Of a stretch of DNA of 64,000 nt, positions 27,894 to 37,789 are shown one piece after another. A program made the translations under genes and the position numbers. The notes under the pieces are model-generated. The model did not search any database, was not told where the DNA came from, and saw nothing but the letters and a program-made list of their open reading frames with translations. Numbering within the stretch: the stretch's first letter is position 1; each line of letters starts with the position of its first letter. The DNA comes from an uncultured Dehalococcoidia bacterium. GTDB lineage: Bacteria > Chloroflexota > Dehalococcoidia > Dehalococcoidales > UBA1222. The DNA is taken from assembly GCA_903844845.1 (NCBI GenBank), contig CAIMVG010000008.1:85664-149663 (forward strand), read 5' to 3'.

Positions 27894-29155
27894 CTGTTTC
27901 CCTCCGTGGCATTAACGATTTCACCCCAAACGCCTTCCCTGAAAGGCTTTCCCAGCCGGGCAGCCGTGATAGTGTTTGTAAGGTCATGTTCCGAGCGCGT
28001 ATAAACCCGGATGTAGTCGGGGGTGTAGCCTGTATATTCACCCGCCCGCGAGGTATGCTCCCACAATACATTGGAGACCATACTCGCCTTCTTGGCCCGG
28101 AAATCGAGGGCCGCTTTTGTACCGATGACGCCTAACTGCGCGCCGCGTTCTTTTTTTACCTTGGCGCTTACCTGTCCTGGCATGGATGCGGCGGTAGTCC
28201 CCGGCCTCGCCGAAAAAGGGAATACGTGGATGCGGGCAAACCCGGCGTTCCCGCAAAAATCGAGCGTCTCGCCAAACTCCGATTCGCTCTCACCCGGGAA
28301 ACCCACGATCACGTCAGTGGTGACGGCGGCACCCGGCAGGACTTTACGGATAGCGGCGAGGGCCGCTGAATATCCCGATACGGAATAGCCCCTTTTCATA
28401 CGGAACAGCACTGCATCGGAACCGCTCTGCAGGGATATATGGAAATGCGGGCACAGACGCGGGTCACGCCATAGCGATAGGAGGCTTTGGGTCAATTCAT
28501 GGGGTTGAAGGGACGAGATGCGCACCCGCGGGATAGTTGTCTCCGCCAACACCCCCGCCAGCAGGGCTTCAAAGTCCATCCCGCTCTCGCGGTATGAACC
28601 TATCTCCGTGCCCGTGAGGACGACTTCGTTACATCCGAGGGCCGTCAAGGACCGGATTTCGCCGATCACGGTGTTTGCTGGCACGCTTTTTTCCGGACCC
28701 CGCACCAGCGGGACGATGCAATAGGCGCAGCGGCGGTTGCAGCCGTCCTGGACCTTGATAAAAGACCTCGTGCGATGATTTTCGTCGAAGCCCTCCGAAG
28801 CAATTTCGAGCGGCATTCGGCTTCTTATAATTTCTACGAGGCGCGGTTTTTCCGCATTGGAGACGAAGAGGTCAACGCCTTCCACTTTCCCGGGCCCCGC
28901 CCCGGAAGGGACCTCGTAACAGCCTGTTGCCACCACCAGGGCATGGGGATTTGAACGGCGGGCGGTACGGAGGAGCTGGCGGCTTTTACTGTCGGCGATA
29001 TGCGTGACGGTGCAGGTGTTCAGGATGTAAATGTCGGCAGTTTCACCCGGTTTCACGACCCTGCATCCCGCGGCGACGAACCGGCCTGCCAGCTTTTCAG
29101 ATTCCGCCTGGTTCAGCTTGCACCCCAGTGTTTCGATGGCGACGCGGATAGGCAT
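27890..29155 (-). CDS. mtaB: radical-SAM methylthiotransferase, MtaB/MiaB family
   Basis: N-terminal UPF0004 domain (ETLGCKLNQAESE). Radical SAM CNRRCAYC. C-terminal TRAM-like region. Confidence 0.85.
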   Translation of the reverse strand: MPIRVAIETLGCKLNQAESEKLAGRFVAAGCRVVKPGETADIYILNTCTVTHIADSKSRQLLRTARRSNPHALVVATGCYEVPSGAGPGKVEGVDLFVSNAEKPRLVEIIRSRMPLEIASEGFDENHRTRSFIKVQDGCNRRCAYCIVPLVRGPEKSVPANTVIGEIRSLTALGCNEVVLTGTEIGSYRESGMDFEALLAGVLAETTIPRVRISSLQPHELTQSLLSLWRDPRLCPHFHISLQSGSDAVLFRMKRGYSVSGYSAALAAIRKVLPGAAVTTDVIVGFPGESESEFGETLDFCGNAGFARIHVFPFSARPGTTAASMPGQVSAKVKKERGAQLGVIGTKAALDFRAKKASMVSNVLWEHTSRAGEYTGYTPDYIRVYTRSEHDLTNTITAARLGKPFREGVWGEIVNATEGNR

Positions 29156-29337
29156 TCACAAAATTATAGCAGAGGGCGGAGCACCTACCAACTCGGTTCG
29201 GCCTTGAGTTGCGTTATGTAAGCTGAAATGATGCCGATATTTGAGGATGATTTTTATAGAGTTCATAACATTTGATAACATTTTATATCCGCCCTTTTTA
29301 TAGTGTCGGAATGATATTAACCAATGTCGCCCGGGGA

Positions 29338-29346
29338 TGTTATAAT
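29338..29346 (+). promoter_or_regulatory. extended -10 promoter element (TGtTATAAT)
   Basis: TG at 29338-29339 and TATAAT at 29341-29346, ending 11 nt before ATG 29358. No SD in between. Confidence 0.4.
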
Positions 29347-29357
29347 GTTACGAAATC

Positions 29358-30569
29358 ATGAATAAAACGGTCCTGATTTTCAAACACGAATTCAGTAAAA
29401 CGATAAAAAGGGGCGGGTTCATCGTCCTGACCCTTTCGCTGCCCGTGCTGGCATTGCTCGGCATCGGGATTTCCCATATCGTATCGGGCATCTCGAAACC
29501 GCCTTCTGAAACCTACAAGATAGGTTACGTGGACAACACAGGGAACTTCAACCAGTTCACCACCGAAGGCAATACCGAATTTATCCCGTTCGACACCAAT
29601 CAATCTGCGCTAGAGGCCCTTGTAAACAAAGACGTCAAGGAATATTTCGTCATCCCGCAGGATTACGTCGCGAGCGGGCTGGTAACCCGCTATACCACCC
29701 AGAAAGAACTTTCGCCGCCCGCTTCGTCGTATTCCGCTATCGCGGCTTTCATGTCGGACAACCTCATGGCGGGAAAACTGCCTCCGGAAACCATGACAAG
29801 GGTCCAATCGGGCCCCGCCCTTATGAGCGTGACGCTTACATCGACGGGAGAGCCGGCCCCTCAATCCGGCTATGCCAATTTCATCGTTCCGGCAGTTTTC
29901 AGCTTTCTGCTCGGGCTTTCGCTGGTATTCTCATCCACCTACGTGATCCAGAGTCTCAGCGAGGAAAAGGAAAACAGGGTCATGGAAGTTTTGATGTCCT
30001 CTGTTTCCCCGCGGCAACTGCTGACAGGAAAGGTCCTGGGGCTCGGAGCGGCCGGCCTGATACAGGTCCTCGTCTGGATAATCTCCATCCCGCTCCTGCT
30101 GACCGTCGCGTCGTCGTCCCTGGGGGGGATTCTGAGCACGATCCACGTGCCTTTATACTTCTGGGGGTTCGCGGTGACCTACTTCATACTCGGGTACCTG
30201 ATGTTCGCAGGGCTTTCAGCCAGCATCGCGGCCGTCAGCTCGACCGTCCAGGAAGCGCAGGGACTTGCCGGTATATACGGGATTTTCAATTTCGTGCCGT
30301 TCTGGCTCCTGTCCGTGATACTCCTGTACCCGAACAACCCGGCCTGGGTGGTATTGAGCATCTTCCCTCTCACGTCGCCCGTCCTGGTGATGATGAGGAT
30401 GGGATTGATAGGAGTTCCCGCATGGCAGCTGGCCGCCAGCATAACCGTGCTGGCCCTGACCGTGCTCGGAGAATTGTGGCTATCGGCCAGGCTGCTGCGT
30501 GTTTACATGCTGATGTACGGGAAACGGCATAAACTCGGGGAGATCATCCGAAACCTGCGCAGCCAGTAG
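29358..30569 (+). CDS. ABC-2 family transporter permease (NatB-like), no adjacent ATPase
   Basis: 403 aa: N-terminal TM, large extracytoplasmic loop, then 5 C-terminal TM segments. Confidence 0.7.
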   Translation: MNKTVLIFKHEFSKTIKRGGFIVLTLSLPVLALLGIGISHIVSGISKPPSETYKIGYVDNTGNFNQFTTEGNTEFIPFDTNQSALEALVNKDVKEYFVIPQDYVASGLVTRYTTQKELSPPASSYSAIAAFMSDNLMAGKLPPETMTRVQSGPALMSVTLTSTGEPAPQSGYANFIVPAVFSFLLGLSLVFSSTYVIQSLSEEKENRVMEVLMSSVSPRQLLTGKVLGLGAAGLIQVLVWIISIPLLLTVASSSLGGILSTIHVPLYFWGFAVTYFILGYLMFAGLSASIAAVSSTVQEAQGLAGIYGIFNFVPFWLLSVILLYPNNPAWVVLSIFPLTSPVLVMMRMGLIGVPAWQLAASITVLALTVLGELWLSARLLRVYMLMYGKRHKLGEIIRNLRSQ

Positions 30570-30574
30570 CCCCG

Positions 30575-31726
30575 TTAAACGATCAACCCCTTCAATTCGG
30601 CGGCTTCATCGGTCTTCTCCCAGGTAAATCCGGGCAACTCCCTCCCGAAATGCCCGAAGGACGCCGTCTTTCTGTAGATCGGGCGCCGCAGGTCCAGCGT
30701 TTCGATGATGCCCCCGGGGGTCAGATCGAACAGGCTGCGCACGGCATTCTCCAGTTTCGCCTCGTCGATCTTCCCTGTCCCCATGGTGTCGAGCATCACA
30801 GAAACGGGGTCGGGGCGGCCGATGGCATAAGCCAGCTGGACCGTGCACCTGTCCGCCAGCCCCGAGGCAACTATATTTTTTGCGATGTACCTTGCCATAT
30901 AAGCGGCGGAGCGGTCGACCTTGGTCGGGTCTTTGCCTGAAAAAGCTCCCCCGCCGTGCGGGCAGCTGCCGCCGTAAGTGTCCACTATTATCTTTCGCCC
31001 CGTGAGGCCGGTGTCGGCTTCGGGCCCTCCCTTGGTGAATTCGCCGCTGGGGTTGATGATGTACTGGATATCCGCGGCGTAGTTCGCAGGTATCACCCTG
31101 TCGATTATCAGTTCCCTGACCGTTTCTGCGATCTCCCTGTTGGAAACGCCTTCGGCGTGCTGTGTCGAGAGCACCACTTTCTCGACCGAAACAGCTTTCA
31201 GCCCCGCGTACCTCACGGTGACCTGGGTTTTTGCGTCCGGGCGGAGCCACGGCACGGTCCCTGCCCTGCGCAGTTCGCTGTGGCGCTGCATGATTTTATG
31301 CGCGATGGAAATCGGAAGGGGCATGAGTTCAGGCGTCTCGTTCACGGCATACCCGAACATCATGCCCTGGTCCCCTGCACCTATGCCGCCGCCTTCGCGC
31401 GAGACCGCGTTGCTTATATTCGGCGACTGCCGGCTTATGGAGGTCTGGTAAACGCAGGCGTCGCAATCGAACCCCGAGGAGATGTCCCCGTAACCTGCGT
31501 CTCTGATGACACCCCGCGCGATTTCCGCGAAATTGACCGTGGCATGCGATGACATCTCGCCTGCGACGATGACCAGGTCCTTGGCCAGCATAGTTTCACA
31601 GGCGACGCGAGCCATTGGGTCCTGTTCCAGGTATGCGTCCAAAACTGCATCGGAAATCTGGTCCGCCAGCTTGTCAGGGTGGCCTTCGGATACGGACTCC
31701 GAACTGAACGAAAAATCCTTTGCCAT
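30575..31726 (-). CDS. metK: S-adenosylmethionine synthetase
   Basis: SEGHPDKLADQ, GAGDQGMMFGYA, GGGAFSGKDPTKVDRS. Confidence 0.97.
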   Translation of the reverse strand: MAKDFSFSSESVSEGHPDKLADQISDAVLDAYLEQDPMARVACETMLAKDLVIVAGEMSSHATVNFAEIARGVIRDAGYGDISSGFDCDACVYQTSISRQSPNISNAVSREGGGIGAGDQGMMFGYAVNETPELMPLPISIAHKIMQRHSELRRAGTVPWLRPDAKTQVTVRYAGLKAVSVEKVVLSTQHAEGVSNREIAETVRELIIDRVIPANYAADIQYIINPSGEFTKGGPEADTGLTGRKIIVDTYGGSCPHGGGAFSGKDPTKVDRSAAYMARYIAKNIVASGLADRCTVQLAYAIGRPDPVSVMLDTMGTGKIDEAKLENAVRSLFDLTPGGIIETLDLRRPIYRKTASFGHFGRELPGFTWEKTDEAAELKGLIV

Positions 31727-31785
31727 GCGTTTCTCCTTTGAACAAATCTATCGCCGGTCACCCGGACCGGGCTTGAAAGTGCGGT

Positions 31786-31833
31786 AAAAAAAAAGCCGCC
31801 CCCTGTGACATCATATCTATCAAGGGAGGCGGC
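31786..31833 (-). terminator. second intrinsic terminator in the metK leader
   Basis: RNA GCCGCCUCCC...GGGGGCGGC followed by U9. The loop contains CUUGAUAGA. Confidence 0.55.
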
Positions 31834-31845
31834 TCCGAAAGCAAT

Positions 31846-31869
31846 AAAAAAACCTCCGTTGTAAGGAGG
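31846..31869 (-). terminator. first intrinsic terminator in the metK leader
   Basis: RNA CCUCC-UUACAAC-GGAGG followed by U7. An alternative hairpin AAGGAGG...CCUCCUU competes for the same CCUCC. Confidence 0.55.
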
Positions 31870-31900
31870 CTGAAGCCCTCCTTTTTCGCTTTGTAAGCGA

Positions 31901-32003
31901 CCTATCGTTTCCCCTTGCGGGCTGGCATTGGCACCTTTAAGAAAGACTAAAGGATGCCGGGTGGGTCATCGGGCCAGGGCCCTCGCCACCACTCTTGATA
32001 GAA
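31901..32003 (-). promoter_or_regulatory. SAM-I (S-box) riboswitch aptamer
   Basis: The minus strand reads UCUAUCAAGAGUGGUGGCGAGGGCCCUGGCCCGAUGACCCACCCGGCAUCC...AAAGGUGCCAAUGCCAGC...AAACGAUAGG. This matches the S-box core (P1 CUAUC/GAUAG, GAUGA kink-turn, AAGGUGCCAA). Located upstream of metK. Confidence 0.85.
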
Positions 32004-32101
32004 AGATTATTCAGTTGTTAAGCGATTAAATTATAGGGTGCGCCTTGCTTTGTGTCAATCTTGACGCAAGGAACCAATACGGGACGGGGTTGCGCATAAC
32101 C

Positions 32102-32431
32102 TCATGATTTTTCCGCCCGCAAGTAAATCTTCAGAGGAAGCTTCTCGAAGTATTTCAGTAGAGAGGGCGGTATAAAGCCTTCGGCGTTGGTCTTGCTGTC
32201 GCGGTACCAGTACCCGCCGTTTTCAGGTTTGACCTGTGAAAGGATACGCTGAAAACCCGGAAATGGAGAGGGGGAAAACAACAGGCGAAACCCGTTCTTG
32301 GCCCCGGGGATGCCCGCGACGAGGTCTTCTACCAGCCGGGGGATCTGCTGTATAAACTGTTCCCTGTCCACTCCGCGCTCATTATCATCGAAAACCCAGT
32401 TCCCCAGGTGCCAGTAGGGCTTTATAGTCAT
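32102..32431 (-). CDS. conserved hypothetical protein
   Basis: Start reset to MTIKPYWHLGNWVFDD. Trp/Phe-rich small protein resembling an uncharacterised family. Function unknown. Confidence 0.5.
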   Translation of the reverse strand: MTIKPYWHLGNWVFDDNERGVDREQFIQQIPRLVEDLVAGIPGAKNGFRLLFSPSPFPGFQRILSQVKPENGGYWYRDSKTNAEGFIPPSLLKYFEKLPLKIYLRAEKS

Positions 32432-32656
32432 TATCGAATTTACCGTCGCTTGCCTCCTCCGCACCCTGGGTGCCGCCAGGCCGTATTGTACCATTTATCG
32501 ATCCGGTAATATGCAAGGCGTCACCGAAAAAACGCACTTCCAAATACGGTAACGAAAACAAAGGGAATGATGCTTTGTTCTTTGCAGGATTTCGGGTTAT
32601 TGTGTTAGAGTATGCCCGGATAAGATTAATATCGATCTCCTTCGGAGTGTTCTTTT

Positions 32657-33916
32657 ATGTCTGATACCAATCACAGAGTCGTAATCACAGGCATGGGCAT
32701 GCTCGACCCGCTCGGCCTCGACACCGCCAGCACCTGGAAAGGCCTTATCAGCGGTAAATCGGGCATAACCCGTATAACCCAATTCGACACGGCCGGTTAT
32801 GACACTCAGATAGCCGGGGAGGTCAAGGGTTTCGAACCGACCGATTTCATGAGCGTTAAGGAAGCCAAGCGCATGGACCGTTTCGCGCAGCTGGCAGTGG
32901 CGGCAGCCAAACAGGCGCTTGCCCAATCCGGCCTCGTGGTAGACTCCTCCAACTGCGATTGCATCGGAACAGTGCTCGGTTCGGGGATAGGGGGCATCAA
33001 CACCCTTTTCGAACAGGCTAAAATCCTTATCGAAAAAGGGCCTGACAGGCTCAGTCCTTTCACCGTTCCGATGATGATCGCCGACATGGCAGCAGCACAG
33101 GTTTCGATCACACTCGGGCTCAAGGGACCAAATTTCTGCACGACCTCGGCCTGCGCGTCAGGAGCCGACGCCATCGGAGTGGCTTTTGAATCCATCCGCC
33201 GGGGAGATTCCCCCGTGATGTTTGCGGGAGGGACCGAATCCGCCATCAACCCCATCGGCATCGCCGGCTTCAGCGCCCTGAAGGCGCTTTCCACCCGAAA
33301 CGACAGCCCGGAAACCGCATCGCGCCCCTTCGATGCAACCCGCAACGGCTTCATCATCAGCGAGGGCGCGGCCGTACTGGTGCTCGAAAGCCTGGAGCAT
33401 GCCACCGCGCGCGGGGCGCGCATACTCGGAGAGATACTGTCTTACGGCGCGAGCGCCGACGCTTTCCACATGACCCAGCCCACCGAAACCGGTGAAGGAG
33501 GCGTGCGTTCAATGAACCGCGCGCTCGAACGTGCCGGACTTAAACCCAAAGATATCGATTATATCAATGCTCACGGCACGTCCACCCAGCTCAACGACAA
33601 GATGGAAACAGCCGCCATCAAGACGGTTTTTGGCGAATACGCCGGAAAGATCCCTGTCAGCTCCACCAAATCCATGACAGGGCACCTCATCGGGGCCGCG
33701 GGGTCTCTTGAAGCCGCCATATGCGCACTCGTTATAACCGAGGGCATCATCCCCCCCACCACCAACTATAAAAATCCCGACCCCAACTGCGACCTCGACT
33801 ACGTGCCCAACAAGGCACGCAAGGCAAAAGTCGACATCGCTCTGTCCAACTCTTTCGGCTTCGGCGGGCACAACACCACGCTTATCCTGGGCCGTTACAC
33901 GGGGGCAGGGATTTGA
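32657..33916 (+). CDS. fabF: beta-ketoacyl-ACP synthase II
   Basis: Active-site TSACASG, HGTSTQLND, GHLIGAAG, NSFGFGGHN. Confidence 0.95.
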   Translation: MSDTNHRVVITGMGMLDPLGLDTASTWKGLISGKSGITRITQFDTAGYDTQIAGEVKGFEPTDFMSVKEAKRMDRFAQLAVAAAKQALAQSGLVVDSSNCDCIGTVLGSGIGGINTLFEQAKILIEKGPDRLSPFTVPMMIADMAAAQVSITLGLKGPNFCTTSACASGADAIGVAFESIRRGDSPVMFAGGTESAINPIGIAGFSALKALSTRNDSPETASRPFDATRNGFIISEGAAVLVLESLEHATARGARILGEILSYGASADAFHMTQPTETGEGGVRSMNRALERAGLKPKDIDYINAHGTSTQLNDKMETAAIKTVFGEYAGKIPVSSTKSMTGHLIGAAGSLEAAICALVITEGIIPPTTNYKNPDPNCDLDYVPNKARKAKVDIALSNSFGFGGHNTTLILGRYTGAGI

Positions 33917-35613
33917 ACCGTTGCCGCTGGCGCGTTTTGCCTGCGGTCCCTGCCGGGCACCCACTGAATGCATCCTATTACCCGCCGCTCCTCAAGCAGT
34001 TGCTATATAACCGCGGGCTTTCCGACACGACTATGGCAGAAGCCTTTTTCAACGCAGACGAGCGCCTTGCCGGCGACCCCTGGCTCATGCCGGATATCGA
34101 GAAAGCCGTCCAGCGCATCCAGAAAGCCCTCCTCGGCGGCGAAAAGATCGCCGTGTACGGCGACTTCGACGTTGACGGCATCAGCGCCACCGCACTGCTC
34201 GTAAAAGGCCTGGAACGCCTCGGCGGGCATGTCGTCCCTTACATCCCTCACAGGCTGCAGGAGGGGCACGGCCTCAACAGCTACGCCCTTGCCGAGCTAC
34301 GGGAGCACGGCGTCAACCTTGTCATCACCGCAGACTGCGGCATCACCGGCACCGCCCAGATGCAGGAAACTCATAAATCCCGCCTTCCCGCGCTCGACCT
34401 TATCATCACCGACCACCACCTTCCGGCAGACGAGATCCCCCCGGCTATCGCCGTGGTTGACCCCAAATTGCCCGGTTCACGCTACCCGTTCACCGACCTG
34501 GCCGGCGTAGGCGTGGCATACAAGGTATTGCAGGCCCTTTACCAGGGGTTCGGCAAAGGTGCGGAAGCCGAGCAGTTCCTGGACCTTGTGGCGCTCGGGA
34601 CCGTGGCCGATATGATGCCGCTGATTGGTGAAAACCGGCACCTCGTGAAAGAAGGATTGCTGAAAATCAGGAATACGACCCGTCCAGGCCTGCTTGAACT
34701 GGCTCTCCAGGCAGGTCTTAAGATCGAAAAGATAGACGCCCAGGACATCTCTTTCGGCCTGGCCCCCCGCCTGAACGCCGCAGGCCGTCTTGAACATGCC
34801 ATCTCGGCATACGACCTGCTGATGACAGAATCGCCCGATAAAGCCCGCTCTTTAGCCGCGGCACTGGGGGAACAGAACAGTGAACGGCAGCGTCTCACTG
34901 CCGCCGCCATGCTGCATGCCCGCGAACAGGTCTCTGCGAAGGGCATCACCCCGGTAATCATCGCGCGGGACCCCGGTTACGCCGGAGGGATCATAGGGCT
35001 GGTGGCGGGCAGGCTTTGCGACGAATACTACCATCCTGCCGTTGTCGTGCAAACCGGCGCCGAAGTCTGTCACGGCAGCTGCCGCAGCATCGCAGAATTC
35101 AATATCACGGCAGCCCTAGCTAAATGCACGGACTTGCTCACACGTTTCGGCGGGCACGCCCAGGCGGCCGGCTTCACCCTTCCTACCGCCAACCTGGCTG
35201 CACTGGAAGAACGCCTCAACTCGCTGGCTTCGGCCGAACTGGCCTCGCTCGATCTGCGGCCGCAGATAGATATCGATGCCGAGGTGAAATTCCAGGAACT
35301 GCAGGGATCGGTTTTCCTTGACCTTGAAAGGCTTGCTCCGTTCGGCCAGCGCAATGCCGCGCCGGTTTTCATCAGCCGGGGGGCCCGGATAGCAGATGTC
35401 CGTACGATGGGCTCAACCGGCTCGCACCTCAAGTTCAAACTCAAACAGGGAACCAGCCTGTGGGACGCGGTAGCATTCGGTGCCGGCGAGCGCCCGGTAG
35501 ATATGCAGGTACCGCTGGATATCGTCTATAATCTGGAGCAGGACGAATGGAACGGAGACTCCCGCCTTCGTCTTAATATCATCGATTTCGCCGCGTCCGG
35601 CGTCAATATTTAA
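33913..35613 (+). CDS. recJ: single-stranded-DNA-specific exonuclease RecJ
   Basis: DHH motifs: YGDFDVDGISA, ITADCG, ITDHH. DHHA1 region GGHAQAAGF. The exact start is uncertain. Confidence 0.9.
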   Translation: MNRCRWRVLPAVPAGHPLNASYYPPLLKQLLYNRGLSDTTMAEAFFNADERLAGDPWLMPDIEKAVQRIQKALLGGEKIAVYGDFDVDGISATALLVKGLERLGGHVVPYIPHRLQEGHGLNSYALAELREHGVNLVITADCGITGTAQMQETHKSRLPALDLIITDHHLPADEIPPAIAVVDPKLPGSRYPFTDLAGVGVAYKVLQALYQGFGKGAEAEQFLDLVALGTVADMMPLIGENRHLVKEGLLKIRNTTRPGLLELALQAGLKIEKIDAQDISFGLAPRLNAAGRLEHAISAYDLLMTESPDKARSLAAALGEQNSERQRLTAAAMLHAREQVSAKGITPVIIARDPGYAGGIIGLVAGRLCDEYYHPAVVVQTGAEVCHGSCRSIAEFNITAALAKCTDLLTRFGGHAQAAGFTLPTANLAALEERLNSLASAELASLDLRPQIDIDAEVKFQELQGSVFLDLERLAPFGQRNAAPVFISRGARIADVRTMGSTGSHLKFKLKQGTSLWDAVAFGAGERPVDMQVPLDIVYNLEQDEWNGDSRLRLNIIDFAASGVNI

Positions 35614-35629
35614 TCGAGGAGAAGGTATT

Positions 35630-36274
35630 ATGAACCAACCTCTGGCTATCGTCATCACCCTTGCAGCGGCCTACCTTTTCGGTTCTTTCCCCAGCGCCTA
35701 TATCATGGGCCGCTTGCGTAAAGGCATCGATATCCGTACGGTCGGAAGCCGCAACATGGGGGCCATGAACAGCATCTACAACATCGGTTTCATCTGGGGC
35801 GCCATCGTCCTGGCTTGCGACCTGGGCAAAGGCCTCGGCGCCGTCGCGGTGGCCCATTGGCTGGGAGGACAGGCGGGGTTAACATGGCTGCTCTATTTTG
35901 AAATGCTGGCCGGCGCGGTCTCGGTACTCGGGCACAGGTTCCCGCTGTGGCTCAAGTTCAAGGGCGGCAAGGGCGGCGCAACCGTCATCGGAGTTATCCT
36001 GTATTTTATCCCCTGGGGTTGGCCCATCGGCTTCGGCATCTTCCTGGTACTGCTGGCGATAACCCGCGTGCCCACGATCAGCTATGGTTTAGCCATGCTC
36101 AGTTTCCCCCTGATATCCTGGCTCATCTACCACAACGGGCGTTATGTCGCCTTTTCAGCGCTGTTGATGCTCATACCCTTCGTCGGATACATCCCGCGCC
36201 TGGTTGAGATGCGGCAAAAAGGCGGCAGCTGGAAACGCGTATTCTCCCGCAAGAGCGTAAAAGACCGTTTTTAA
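35630..36274 (+). CDS. plsY: glycerol-3-phosphate acyltransferase PlsY
   Basis: GSRNMGAMN and FKGGKGGAT motifs. 5-6 TM segments. Confidence 0.9.
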   Translation: MNQPLAIVITLAAAYLFGSFPSAYIMGRLRKGIDIRTVGSRNMGAMNSIYNIGFIWGAIVLACDLGKGLGAVAVAHWLGGQAGLTWLLYFEMLAGAVSVLGHRFPLWLKFKGGKGGATVIGVILYFIPWGWPIGFGIFLVLLAITRVPTISYGLAMLSFPLISWLIYHNGRYVAFSALLMLIPFVGYIPRLVEMRQKGGSWKRVFSRKSVKDRF

Positions 36275-36292
36275 ATATTTTATATCCGAAAC

Positions 36293-36323
36293 AAAAAGGA
36301 CTGAGTTTTCTCAGTCCTTTTTT
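36293..36323. terminator. bidirectional intrinsic terminator between plsY and ppa
   Basis: GGACTGAG-TTTT-CTCAGTCC flanked by an A5 run and a T6 run. Confidence 0.8.
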
Positions 36324-36344
36324 ATCAATTATCAAGTAACTTCC

Positions 36345-36851
36345 TCAAACAGGCTGTGCCTTGAAACGCTCTTGTGCTTCCTTGATGTCTTTCAGAGCTG
36401 AGTCCAGCCCCTCCCAACCTTCGATACCTGTCTTCTTTTCTTCGAGGTCTTTGTAAACCTTGAAAAAATGTTCTATCTCCTTGAGAAGATGAGGCGGCAC
36501 ATCGTCCAGCGTCTTGATATAGTTCCACATCGGGTCGCCCAGGGGTATGCAGAGTATCTTGGCGTCCGGCCCTTTTTCGTCACGCATGCGGAAAAGACCG
36601 ACCGGCCGGGCTTCTATCATGCAACCGGGAAATGTGGGCTCCCACACCAGGACAAGTGCATCCATCGGGTCGCCGTCCTCGGCAAGGGTGTCGGTGATAA
36701 ACCCATAATCGCTGGGATAATGCATGGCTGAAAACAGCATGCGGTCGAACTTGATGACCTTGCGCTTACTGTCGTATTCATACTTGTTACGGCTGCCCTT
36801 GGGGATCTCCACCATGACATTGACGGAGGGTACGGTTTCGGAATTAGACAT
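36345..36851 (-). CDS. ppa: inorganic pyrophosphatase (family I)
   Basis: EIPKGSRNKYEYD, DGDPMDALVL. Confidence 0.95.
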   Translation of the reverse strand: MSNSETVPSVNVMVEIPKGSRNKYEYDSKRKVIKFDRMLFSAMHYPSDYGFITDTLAEDGDPMDALVLVWEPTFPGCMIEARPVGLFRMRDEKGPDAKILCIPLGDPMWNYIKTLDDVPPHLLKEIEHFFKVYKDLEEKKTGIEGWEGLDSALKDIKEAQERFKAQPV

Positions 36852-37701
36852 TCTGGGGTTTGCTCTCTATCTCCGCTTTTGCGGTTTCAACGATTTCCTG
36901 CGCAGAACTTGCTTTGCGCACCCTGTAGATGATAAGGGAGAAACATATCACAGCGGCGATGATGCCGATGAACTGCGCCTGTTCCAGCGCGATATGGATG
37001 CCGAAAACATGCCAGTCGATGAAACTGGTGAGCCCTGCCCTCAGTACGCCGATACCGATACGCCAGAGCGAATACATCCCCAGGTAGAAAAAGAACTGCA
37101 CGCCGGACGGCTTGAACTTGCTGCGAAAAGCAAGGATAACCCCGAGCAACAAACCTAAAAAGACAATCTCATAAACCGTGGTGGGTTGAGAGGGTATGCC
37201 GAGAGGCCCGAAAGATGTGGGATTATCGTATATGATAGCGACAGGATTGTTGTACGACACTGTACCGTAGCAGCACCCGTTGATGGTACAGCCCACGCGC
37301 CCCAGCATCTGGCCCATGATTATCCCGGGGGTAATCACGTCCGCGATATAACCGAAATTCAGCTTGTTGATGCGGCTGTATATCCAGACCCCCAGAGCAG
37401 CGCCAAGAATGGCGCCGTAGATGGTGAGCCCTTCACCGCCGATTATCTTACCCGGATTCTGGCTGTAATAGGACCACAGGTCGATAACATGCAGCAGCCT
37501 GGAAAAGACGATCCCGGACGGGATGCCTACCATGGCTGCGCCCATCAGGTGGTCGTATGTGATATCGGCGCCGCGCTTGACCTGCTGGAATGCCCAGGTG
37601 ATCAGCACCGCGACTCCGATAGCCATCATCACCCCATACCAGCGGACTTCGAGCCCGCCGAGGGTGAACAACACTGGATTGATAGTTATGTGTATTCCCA
37701 T
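36844..37701 (-). CDS. lgt: prolipoprotein diacylglyceryl transferase
   Basis: VRWYGVMMAIG and GRVGCTINGCCYG motifs. Start reset to MGIHIT (GGAG SD); the ORF-track start is 37752. Confidence 0.85.
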   Translation of the reverse strand: MGIHITINPVLFTLGGLEVRWYGVMMAIGVAVLITWAFQQVKRGADITYDHLMGAAMVGIPSGIVFSRLLHVIDLWSYYSQNPGKIIGGEGLTIYGAILGAALGVWIYSRINKLNFGYIADVITPGIIMGQMLGRVGCTINGCCYGTVSYNNPVAIIYDNPTSFGPLGIPSQPTTVYEIVFLGLLLGVILAFRSKFKPSGVQFFFYLGMYSLWRIGIGVLRAGLTSFIDWHVFGIHIALEQAQFIGIIAAVICFSLIIYRVRKASSAQEIVETAKAEIESKPQNV

Positions 37702-37789
37702 CTCGTTAACTCCATGAATGGATACCGCGCATAAACCTTTAATGCTAACCAATTATACAGGACAGGGTACCAACTTGCTGTGACGCCCG

